Shown piece after piece: positions 53,584-64,000 of a stretch of 64,000 bases of DNA (its first letter is position 1; the number at the start of each line of letters is the position of its first letter). This DNA is from Sarcophilus harrisii (taxonomy: Eukaryota): the NCBI GenBank assembly GCA_048593225.1, contig CM109176.1, positions 477,499,429 to 477,563,428 on the forward strand, given 5' to 3'. Under the pieces are notes generated by a model. It ran no database searches and was not told the origin of the DNA. It saw nothing but the letters and a program-made list of their open reading frames with translations. The position numbers and the translations under genes were made by a program.

Positions 53584-55989
53584 ATTCTCTCCACTTTAGA
53601 CCATTTTCCACTCAGATGCCAAAATGATTTTCCTAAAGTACAAATCTGATCATCTGATAAGATGATCACCTTCTTCTACTTAATAAACTCCAGTGCTTCC
53701 CTATCACTTTCGAAATCAAATATAATATCCTCTGGCACTCAAAAGCCTTTCATAATCTGCCTTCTCCAACTTTCTAGTCTTCTTATACTTCCCTCAGTTC
53801 CTTCAATACACAATTAAAATGCTATCTTCAATAAGAAGCTTTCCACAATTTCCCTTAATACAACCATCTTCTTCTATTAATTATCTTTACTTTGCATGTA
53901 TCTTGTTTGTACATAGTTAATTTCATATTGTCTTGCTGATAGTCTTTGAGCTCTTTGAGATCAAGAACTGTGTACTTTGCATAATACCAGTGTTTAGCAG
54001 AAAGTAGGTACTTAACAAATGTTTTTTGACAGATTGTGAGCTTTTGAATTACAATCAGGATCACACAAGATCTGAAAACTACTAAAAATCTAAGAAGATG
54101 TTGTAATACTGGTACAATGTTCCAAAAGTTAAAAAAAAAGTTTTACACTCAACTTACCTTACAAAGCTGAGCATAATCCTACAAGAGGAAAAAGGGATCT
54201 TTAATGGAATAAAGAACTTTCTAGCACTTATGATGAAGGGACCAGACCTGAATAGAAATTGAACTTCAAATACAAGAGCCCAGTTAAAGTTAGAAAGGTA
54301 AATTGATTGGAGCAGATGGAAACAGTAGGATAATATTGATGATGATGATGATGATGATATAATAATACCTTTTAATATATGAAGAAAAATCAGTGTTCCT
54401 TAATACAAAGAGCATCAAGGAGATAAATAAGAAAAGAGAGGTCTTGGAAGTAGATTAATTATGAGTACAGGAAAAGGCGGATGGCAAAAGGAATATACAG
54501 TAGTGTAAAAAGGAAGAAAAGAGGGTAAAAGTGTTATTTTTTCATCACTGTGGTTTGTCAAAAATCAGTGTATTGGAAAGGGTGAGGCATATGGCTATCT
54601 AGTGAATCATACTCTAAATTGAAAGTGAACAGAAGACGGTTTAACACATACACAAATTTAAATTAAAAGGTAGAAAGACCTACAAATTAAGAGACCTACA
54701 AAAAATAAGTGCAATATGAGAGAGTGGTGAAGAGGGAAGAGTAATACTAGAAATGGAAGAATCAAGAGAAAAACATTTGTAATCTCCTATCAGTCATAAG
54801 GATAAGGTCAAATTTCATTTCCTACTTCTTATTCAACATGACACTCCCTTGGTTCCCCTCCCATAATCAAAACTTTCCCTGATATTTAACAGTCAGAGTA
54901 GTGAAGAAACTAATGGCTATCTCAACCTCCATTTTAGTTTCACAACTGCTTCTAAAAGAGGCAACTAATAATGAAAAAACCAAACAAAACTCAAACCCAT
55001 ACTACTTTAAAGCTGGAGGAACTGTATGGAATAGAGAGAAAAGGTGAAGAACTTACAGGAGTGTATGGATTCTTTTTCTGTATTTTATTTTCATTATTTC
55101 TGTATTTCCCCTATGACCTGTATAATATGTACAGGCCCATATTTACTTGAGTCTTGGCCAGTTATAAACATATTTACTTAACCTGAGCTGATGATATGTA
55201 TCAGTATTTGACATTTATTGATATTTAGTCTATTAGCTGGACCCACTACCTGCTTGATTAAGGCTGAAGGCCTGATTTTCTGTTTCCTAGAAATCAGGAG
55301 ATTTTGGGGAAACGGAAACCTTCCATCTGAATCTCTCCGAATAGCAGCAATTAGATGCCTCCCCCTCCCCTTCTCAATGCTCTCTTACTTGTGATGTAAT
55401 CTCTTGTATAAAAGCTATGTATCTTTACTATTTCTTTAGCCCTCCTACCAGGAGCTTTCTCTTTCTTATCTCATGATAGGATGGCTCATCCACTGGAGGT
55501 TTTTAATAAACAACTTTTCTGCCTTCTACTGAGTGATCTCGAAGTAATCATTTTGGATAATGGTCTTCTACATCCCTCACAGGAACCTTCTAATCCAATT
55601 CCTCTCCTGTTTATATGGGCATATATAGATTTCTATAGAAAGAGATATACATATATACATACACATATATAAGATTATACTGGACAGACAGTTTACATTA
55701 TATTCCCACAATGGGTACTCAACAAACAGTAAAATTAAATATCTTACTTCAGGTCTCCTCAAACTTCAAAACCGAAATGTCTTACAGAGCAACAAAATGG
55801 CATGTGAAATGTGCAATTTGATTATTTTCATATTACTCTATTGACTCCAAACTTTTCCTTTCCTTTTTCCTCACTTCCTCTTAACACTTGAAAATAAAAT
55901 AAACAAGTATATCACTAAGCAGATTACAGTAATTTAAGAAATCTTCTTAAAGAGAAAGTATTTATTTTTTTTATTATTTTTTTCTTTCT

Positions 55990-56330
55990 TTCTTTCTTTT
56001 TTTTAATTTAATAGCCTTTTATTTACAGGATATATGCATGGGTAACTTTACAGCATTAACAATTGCCAAACCTCTTGTTCCAATTTTTCACCTCTTACCC
56101 CCCACCCCCTCCCCTAGATGGCAGGATGACCAGTAGATGTTAAGTACATTAAAATATAAATTAGATACACAATAAGTATACATGACCAAACTGTTATTTT
56201 GCTGTACAAAAAGAATCAGACTCTGAAATATTGTACAATTAGCTTGTGAAGGAAATCAAAAATGCAGGTGGGCATAAATAAAGGGATTGGGAATTCAATG
56301 TAATGGTTTTTAGTCATCTCCCAGAGTTCT
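55990..56330 (-). mobile_element. L1 3' end, minus orientation
   Basis: The same reverse-complemented L1 tail consensus as at 48960. Confidence 0.75.
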
Positions 56331-58779
56331 TTCAAAGAGAAAGTATTTAAGAGCCTAGTGACCTCAAACATAGGATGTTTTAAAAAGATAATAATAACCT
56401 ATCACCTGAACTTAAAGAGGAATCAATCAGAGGAGAAGGTGATAGTTTAAAGCCAACTGTCACAGCCTAAATAGAAGCAAACGCAGCCTGGGAAAGGAGA
56501 GCAGAACAGCACCAGCTGCAAGGAGTGAGACCAGGCTGGACGTTTAACTAGGAAAAAATAGATGGAATGAAGATAAAAGATAGGCTCATACACACCTGGC
56601 AGAGGGGTTTCTGCCCCTAGATCCGAGAGTTTTCTGGTTCCAAGTTCAAGATTGATCTACAGAACAAGAAAAAGACAAAAAACTCTAGTCAAAACCGAAA
56701 GTAAACACTCCTTTTCACTTCCCAGAAAACTGCCTGTCAGCTTGCTTTTAGAAAACGGAAAGGGACAGGGCTTGGGAGCAGACTCCACCCCTCCATCTCC
56801 CTAAGCTGAGAAGAGATGGCAGAGGTGGGGCAACAGATGACCCCAGTAAATTAACTCCTCCAGATGGAACCTGAAAAACATAGGCCCAAGAGTTTTGATT
56901 CTTCAGACAGATGTCCTTCTTTGTTGAGGTTGAAATGTTTATATATCAGTGATCACTGATTTAGAGCTGGAAGGGGTCAGGGTCTGTCAAATCCAACCTC
57001 CTCATTTTAAAGAAGAGGAAACCGAGCTCCGGGTAGTCACTTGCCGATGGTTGCACAGGTAGAAAGTGTCAGAAGTGGGATACAAATTCAGTCTCTGGGA
57101 GGGAGTTCTAGGTAAGGAGGTCAGTCAGTGAAAATCCTCAGAGTTAGGAGATGGAGAGTCTTGTTTAAAGACCAGTGTAAGCAAGGAGGTCATAGTCACT
57201 GGTTGCACAGTCCCTAAGAGGATACATAAGGAGAGGAGTGAGTAAACTGGAAAGGCAGAATGGGTCCTGGTTATGGAGGGCTTAAGAAGCCAGAAACTCT
57301 AAATAGAGAGTCATTGGCTTAATAATGCGTTGACATTGGTCAGACTCCTGATTTAGGAAGATCACTTTGGGAACTGAATGGAGAGTGGACTGAAGTGGGG
57401 AGAAATTCAAGGCAGGCACACCAGCCTCCTGCAATGGTCTGAGTATTGGGTGATAAAGGCTTGTACCAGAGTGGTTCTTTCAGAGGAAAGAAAACAGCAT
57501 GCTTGCCATCTAGGGGAGAGGGTGGAGGGTGGGAGGGAAAAATCGGAACAGAAGTGAGTGCAAGGGATAATGTAAAAAAAATTACCCTGGCATGGGGTTC
57601 TGTCAATAAAAAGTTACTATAATAAAAAAAAAAAGAAAGAAAACAGCATTATAAATACAGGACTAGGAAAATGATTGGATAAGAGAGTGAGGAGTTGAAG
57701 AGAACCCTTGAGTTGTAGGTGACTGGATGGTAACGGGAAGAGAGGTACCTCCATAGCAATAGGGAAGTTAGGAAGAGGAGAAGTTTTAGGGTTTAAGAAT
57801 AAGTTCCGTTTTGGCTAAGTTGAGGCTGTGCTGTCTACAGGACATCCGGTTCGAAATGTCCAGTGGGCAGTTGGAAATGTGAGAGCCGAGGTCAGGAGAG
57901 AAGTCCTGGGCTGGGCAAAACTGGAAATCATCTGCGTGGAAACTGATAGTTGAAATTTTGGGAGCTGCTGAGATAACCTAAGAACCGGGTGGCCAGGGCT
58001 AACTTTACCTACTTGTCAAACAGATAATTGGGATGATTTTTTTTTTTTTGGGGGGGGGAGAAAAAAGGGGGATGAATTTTTATACACACAGCTACCCCCG
58101 TGGGAAGTCTTAAAAGCGTGCTCAGCCCTAAAGGAACAAAGCCCAAACAAACCAAACAAAAAGGGATCCTTCACAAATCAGCAACAAAAAGCCACACAGA
58201 CATCCGTAAGCAAAAAAATTTACCAATAAAACAACAAAACCCTGGAAAGGAGAGTTTTGCTCCTCCCCATTTAGAATGTGAGCTCCTTTGAGGGTAAGGA
58301 GTATATTTTGTAAATGTATCTCCCGAACTTAACCCATTGCCTGGCACATTAAAAGCGCTTGTTTTCAGAAGAGGAAAACACAGCCTTCAAACCTCTAATA
58401 ACATGGACAGGTCTCTTCATGATGCTTCGGGCGTCAGTTTGCTAATCTCTAAAATGGGGACGGTACCCTCGGGTTTACCTCGGAGTCTCGTTAAGGGGCT
58501 TTAATGAGTAAATGACATACATAGACCGTGCTTTGGAGACTTTAAAATAGCGTAGAAATATCAGTTAATTATCCTACGGATAGTCAGCTCCTGGAAGGTC
58601 GATAACTTTAATCTAGATAAGCAAAAACATCCAGCCCCATAGCTTCAGGTTCAGTTGCTTCCCAGTCCTTTGGATTACGTTTGGCTCTTATGCATCTGCT
58701 TAAAGCAAATTTCTACTACGAAACTTTCTGAAAAACAACTGTTTCTGAAAACTCCGGCAAAGAGAAGGGACCCTTATTG

Positions 58780-58920
58780 AAGTCAACCTCTCCGTTCCTC
58801 TCCCCACCCCCATCTCTTTTCCCCACCCCCATCTCTTTTCCCCACCCCCATCTCCTCTCCCCACCCCCATCTCCTCTCCCCACCCCCATCTCCTCTCCCC
58901 ACCCCCACCTCCCCAAACGG
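58780..58920. repeat. Minisatellite with a ~19-20 bp unit (CTCTCCCCACCCCCATCTC), about 6-7 copies
   Basis: Direct tandem copies of ccccacccccatctcttttc / ccccacccccatctcctctc are visible. Confidence 0.85.
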
Positions 58921-58964
58921 TAGCAGCGGAAGAAGCTCCTCAACTCAGGCAAGGACCAGTAACG

Positions 58965-59096
<132 letters not shown>

Positions 59097-59110
59097 GGGT
59101 GTCTCCTGGG

Positions 59111-59130
59111 GATTGTAGTTCAATAGTCGG
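59111..59130 (-). promoter_or_regulatory. ZNF143 (SBS-like) motif, minus orientation
   Basis: Minus strand reads ACTACAATCCCCAGGAGACA. It is oriented outward, opposite to the plus-strand motif about 45 bp away. This divergent pair is typical of bidirectional promoters. Confidence 0.5.
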
Positions 59131-59171
59131 CCAGAGGAGCCCTGTGCTGAGGACACCAAAGGCACAGTTGG

Positions 59172-59190
59172 ACTACATTTCCCAGATTCC
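59172..59190 (+). promoter_or_regulatory. ZNF143 (SBS / ACTACAATTCCCAGCA-like) motif, plus orientation
   Basis: ACTACATTTCCCAGATTCC closely resembles the ZNF143/THAP11 composite motif common at CpG-island promoters. Confidence 0.5.
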
Positions 59191-59461
59191 TCGGAGTCCC
59201 GGTAGGTGGGGCTCCCGGAGGAGTTGGAGGTAGGGCTCCGGCGGAGGCCGTGGCTCGTTTGTAAATGGAGAGGGAGGCGCTAGAAGTGGCGGTGGCTGTG
59301 GCGCGATTTGGAAAAGGGATTGAACAGCTAGAGCGCCGGACGCCGGTAACTTGGGGCTGCAGGTGGGGGATCCGGGGGAGCCGGAGGCAGAAACAGTTCT
59401 GTCCTCGGGAACCTGAACCCGGCGACGTTTTGCTGCCGCGGAGCCCCGCTCTGCGGGAGGG

Positions 59462-59580
59462 TTAGGGGCTGGGGGGGTGGGGGTGGGAGTGGGGGTGGGG
59501 GTGGGGGTGGGAGTGGGGGTGGGGGTGGGGGTGGGGGTGGGGGTGGGGGTGGGAGTGGGGGTGGGGGTGGTGGAGAAGAT
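59462..59580. repeat. (GGGGGT/GGGAGT)n G-rich hexamer array, about 19 units, with G-quadruplex potential
   Basis: gggggtgggggtgggagtgggggtggg... The 'HPHPHP' minus-strand ORF is an artefact of this array. Confidence 0.9.
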
Positions 59581-60316
59581 CTCTCGCTCCGTGGCTGTCG
59601 GCTTCGGGGCCTAAGGATGTTGGGGGCACTCTTCCCGCCGACCCCCCTCCCCCCATTTGTTTCAACTATCTTTGAATACTTTTAGCTCTTATTTGAGGGT
59701 TTGGCTAATGGGAGTTTAGAAAGAGTTTCTGCTTTTAAGTCTCCTCAGGGACCTTGTTCCCTTAAAAGTGACTCTGGGTCATTTTCTGTCCTTTGATGCC
59801 GATGGTCGTGGAACTGTTGTGATCGGTTTCAAGGCGTTTAAATCGTTAAGAAAGAAAAGAAAAAAAATAATTACTATTTTTCTAAACCAGCAACTTAATT
59901 TCTCTTAGATTTGGAAGATGTGATGTTGACAGCAGTTTGCCAGACTGGCGAGGGGATACTACAATCACTGACTTTTTTTTTTAAAGGTTGCTTTCTCCCC
60001 CAGGGCTATGTATATATAAATAGTCAGCCGTGTCTGTATCTATACTGAGAACGTCATGATGTATTTGTGACATGCATGTATTTAAAAGTTCATTTTAACT
60101 GGGGCATCTGTGAGCTATGTGATAGTTTATTATTCCTGGTGCCAGATACAGACCTTAATTTTAGTTGGTTGGGGCTTTCGTGCCGTCCTTTTTTTTGGGA
60201 TGGTGATGGTAATAATGCTCCTTTGTCTTTTGTAAACTTATTTCCAGTCCCTGAATCCTGAATCTTCACAATGCCAAATTGGTCATTTTTTCAGGTAAAA
60301 TAGAAAGTTGCTCCAT

Positions 60317-60362
60317 TCCCCCCCCCCCCCGCCCCCCTCACCCCCCCCCTCACCCCCCCCTT
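60317..60362. repeat. Poly-C / (C8-13 N) homopolymer tract
   Basis: cccccccccccccgcccccctcacccccccctcacccccccc. Confidence 0.9.
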
Positions 60363-62870
60363 CAGGAGATAACTAAGACAAGTGAATGCAACTATTTTAA
60401 CATGATTGCATGAAGTAATTAACTTTTTAGGATTCAGATCGTGGAACAGTGAAATGGACAGAAACACAGTTTTAGAACAAAACAATGATAACATTAAATC
60501 TTAGCAAATAATTTGTTTAGCATTCTCCGTGTGGTAGGCACTGGAGGTACAGAGACAAATAAAAATCCCTGTCCTTAGGGAACTTACGTTTTGTTATTAG
60601 GGGAGACAATATTAGGATATCAAAAAACAAATACATAATTTTCCCAGGGAGGAATGAGGAAGGATCAGGAAAGGCTTCACTTTGGAGGAGGTGACAAAGA
60701 TGGAAAATAGCATCCTGCTCTGGAACTTGTGTTAATTTAGAATTCAGTGTCCCAAAATAATTTTGTAATTTGTTTCTCATTCTCACTTTTTGCTTTTAAA
60801 ACTTGTTTTCATGTGACCGTCTCAATGCCATTTTAAGATTTACTTTTACTGGAAAATCATTTCTTTTTTAAATTAATGACATATTAAAGATGAATTATAC
60901 ATATTAAAGGTCAGTTTTTGAGTGTGTATGAATGGTAAAAGGATGCAGATTTTAATACAGTAAATGTTGGTACATAGTAGAACAGTACTTCCCTACATGC
61001 TTTTAAAGCAATTGTATTTGTTTTAAATGGCATGACATATATGTATTTTAAATTCATCTAAAGGGCATCTCTCAAGGAATGTTAAACATAAGTAATAATA
61101 ATTTATTATTCTTGGTACTAAATGTGTGCTTTAATATCAGTTGCTTATTTGGGAATGATTCCCACTTCAGTAAAAAGTTGTTTCTTATCTTTAAAACAAC
61201 AATTATATTTTTGATTTAAATATTGTTTTTTTCAGCACTTCACATGTCCATTGTTTCCAGTTCTTTTCTCAAAGTATTTATGATGTATAGATATGAGGCT
61301 TGTAGTCTACAAGTGTTTGATCTATTTCTTGCTCTTGAACTGTATTTTTTCAACATTTTCTTTGCTTCTCCAGTACTTACCTTTGTATCAGTTACCTGAG
61401 ATATATTGAATTAACTTGGAAGTTCTGAATGAATTCTTCATAAAATGGCTCTAGTATTTTATTCTCTAATGAAGAAGTTGGTATATAAGCTAGTTATTTT
61501 TATGACAGGTTTTTTTTTTTTTAAATGAAATGACCTAAAGCCCCAAGAAATGAAATTTCTTTCAGCGTTTAGGTACACAAAAAAACTAATCCTGCAGAAG
61601 CCTTTGTCTCTTCAACCCTGTGAGCTACCTTTTGTTTAGCTACAACTAAAGTTTCTAAAGGAGAATGTCAAATTGATACAGTTCAGTTTCTCTTGTAAAA
61701 TATTCAATCTTTGGTCATCAAACATAAATGATCAGTTTTAATATTTGGAAGTTAGCTAAGTTAATTTTCACAAATAGGCTAAGCATTGTTTGATTTGTAG
61801 CATCAACTGCTTCTGTTTTCAGTATTCTTCTATTGTTACAGCAAAATCAGGAGGGAGCCATATAGAATTTAAGGTCATTTTGTATTTTTCTTTGTTTTGT
61901 GGACTGCCGTGGCAAAAAAATTTTTCATCAAGTCTTAAGTAGACATTAAACATCAATTCTAAGCAGACATTGCTAGAACCATGCTTGAAGCCTTTTCATT
62001 GTGGTAGAACTTGCAAGGTTTTTCACTCTGCTGAAAGTCTCCAGGAGCCTAGGGTTGTTATAATGAAGCTTCGGAATAAGACTTTGTGGAAATATGTATG
62101 AAAATATATATGTGTGTGTATATACATATGTACACACACATACATAGACATATAACTAAATATCTTCAAGTAAATCTATATATATAATGAATATGTATAT
62201 ATAAATACACACATATTATGCCCTATGTCTGTGTACTATACCCAGATCATTTTTGTATAATAATATACACACATATATATAATCTGTAATATATATGTAC
62301 ATGCATACATACTATTGTTTTGTAATATATACTTTAGTCTTTCATAATGGTTTGCAGATACCAAAAGAATATCTGTATGTGTGTATACATACTCAGTATA
62401 TATAGATATAAATACAGATATAGATATGTATGTATATACATATGCATACATACTGTTGGTTTATAGTGTTGTCTTTCATAATGGATTGCAGTTTCAGGAG
62501 TATATTTAATTTATTGGAGCTTCTTATAGACTCAATTATGCAAACATTATTAAGTGAATGTTATCTATAAGGCACTGAAGATAGATGGATGGAAAAACAT
62601 CCCTAGTTCAAGGAATTCATAGTTAGAAGCAGGGAAAAATAACTTGTACCCAGGAAACTGTTCTACAAATAAGAAAGGGAAATATTAATAGGAGTGCTTA
62701 AGCAAAAGAGAAGCTATTTCAGAAAGCTATTGACAGTTGAGAGTTCAGAGGAAGACTTTGTGAAAGGGGATAGCATCAAAAACTTGTTTTGAAGATTAGG
62801 ATTTAAACAAGCATATGATGGCGCTGGATGTATTCTATTGTAACCTTTAATTGATGTTTTTCTCTCTGCA

Positions 62871-63394
62871 GGTATTGAATATCAACAGACAGATGTAACA
62901 GCTGTATGCTACACAAGCTTTGGCACTATTTTAACTTATTAGTGCTTCAGACTACAATTATCCTGATGCCCACTTCTTCAGAATTAAATAGCGGGCAGAA
63001 TTTTGTAGCTCAGTGGATGTCTAACCCTTCCCGTGCTGGTGTGATATTGAATCGTGGATTTTCTAGTTTGGAAATGGGGAGAGAGAATCAGTTAAAAGCA
63101 AATACTTCCAACAGTTTTACTCTTAAAAGCACAGATTTTTCAGACAGCTGTAGTTTTCTAAGTGATGACTCACTTCATGAAGAAGAGATCTTGGATTCTA
63201 AAAGCCCTGATAGAGTGCAGTCAGCTACAAATGAAACAAATGCAGTCTTTTCTTACCCTAAAAAGACACAACAATTACTGATCTGCAAAGATGCTCTGGG
63301 TCACTGGGAAAATACCAAAATTGATGCTGAATCTGATGTAGGTATCACCAAAGAAGGAGTTTATAGAGATCCACTTTTCAAGAAACTTGAACAG
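62871..63394 (+). CDS. CENPJ: CENPJ/CPAP first coding exon. It includes a 5'UTR segment. The ATG most likely lies at 62966; an in-frame upstream ATG at 62906 is also possible.
   Basis: Translation ...[39 protein letters not shown]...VYRDPLFKKLEQ matches the human CENPJ N-terminus ([35 protein letters not shown]...AYKDPLFKKLEQ). Acceptor ttttctctctgcag|GT at 62870/62871. Donor CAG|gtaaaa at 63395. Confidence 0.8.
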
Positions 63395-64000
63395 GTAAAA
63401 ATTAGAAGTTTTGTGTACATAGTTTATAAATGAAATTTCCCTCTACAATTTAAGTCTTTTTTTTTTTTTTTTTAACTACAGAGTATTAAATTTATAGGGT
63501 TGCTGTTTACTTATTTTTCTTTTTTTTTCTAAAATTCATTTTTATTTTATTTTCAATTCTAAATTCTCTCCCTTTCCCCTCCTTTCCACATTGGGAAAGA
63601 AAGAAAAACAAATATGTATCAAGCAAAAGAAATTCCTACATTATCTAAGTCTAAAAAAAACAAGCTTCAATTTGTTCTTAGTCTGGAGGACCTCCTTTTT
63701 AGTTGGAGGAGGCTAGTCAATGAGAGTCAGATTGATACAAGTTTAAGACATGATGCAGGCCCATGAATCCCAAGATAATCTTGTGAGATATCATTTATCA
63801 GATTTTTTTTTTTAAGTAAAAGAGGCCACTTTCTGCCTCCTTTCTTAGTTATAAGGATAGAAAAACCTTAATCCCTGAATTAGGTATTGTCTGTCAAAAT
63901 AAAACCTGCTGAATATCTTAACTTAAAAACACCTTGGTGTCCCACTGCATCCAGGACCATCTCTAGTTGTCCTGATTATATCTTGCCACTGGACCCAGTT

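Larger units (their letters stand above)
59100..59660. promoter_or_regulatory. CpG island / putative bidirectional promoter between PARP4 (-) and CENPJ (+). It probably holds the non-coding first exons of both genes.
   Basis: This is the only GC- and CpG-rich block in the window (ccggcggaggccgtggctcg, gcgcgatt, gcgccggacgccgg, ccgcggagccccgctctgcggg). It lies between divergently oriented genes. Both the PARP4 ATG exon and the CENPJ ATG exon begin with 3' splice sites, so each needs an upstream exon 1. Confidence 0.6.

Noticed and set aside
55260-55560. A possible solo LTR (aataaacaacttttctgcc... with a poly-A signal)
   Set aside because: The region has an LTR-like R/U5 flavour. I could identify no TG...CA termini and no target-site duplication by eye. 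It is left unannotated.

Overview
This window is vertebrate nuclear DNA from a marsupial, most likely an opossum. It carries the marsupial tRNA-derived SINE with a GGGGCAGCTAGGTGG head, MAR1/MIR-like elements, many L1 3' ends and microsatellites, and all coding sequence is split by GT-AG introns. It is not prokaryotic DNA and contains no compact defence-type 'system'. Most entries in the six-frame ORF track are artefacts of repeats or introns.

Two genes are present, arranged head to head:
- PARP4 (vault poly-ADP-ribose polymerase) lies on the minus strand. I reconstructed 17 phase-consistent coding exons between 44638 and 1324. The first is the ATG exon, which begins with its own 3' splice site, so a non-coding exon 1 lies upstream. 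The gene continues beyond the window start. The exons cover the BRCT region, the PARP catalytic core (H-Y-E residues present) and the start of the VIT domain.
- CENPJ (CPAP) lies on the plus strand. Its first coding exon is at 62871-63394.

Between the two genes is a CpG island at about 59.1-59.66 kb. It contains two outward-facing ZNF143/SBS-type motifs. It is flanked by a minisatellite, a (CT)~62 tract, a (GGGGGT/GGGAGT)n G-rich array and a poly-C tract. This looks like a shared bidirectional promoter.

The divergent, closely linked PARP4-CENPJ arrangement differs from the human and mouse gene order as I recall it. That would imply a local inversion.

The introns are packed with L1 fragments in both orientations, SINEs, one RTE/L2-type reverse-transcriptase fragment, an unclassified repeat present as inverted copies 19 kb apart, and several compound or mirror microsatellites.
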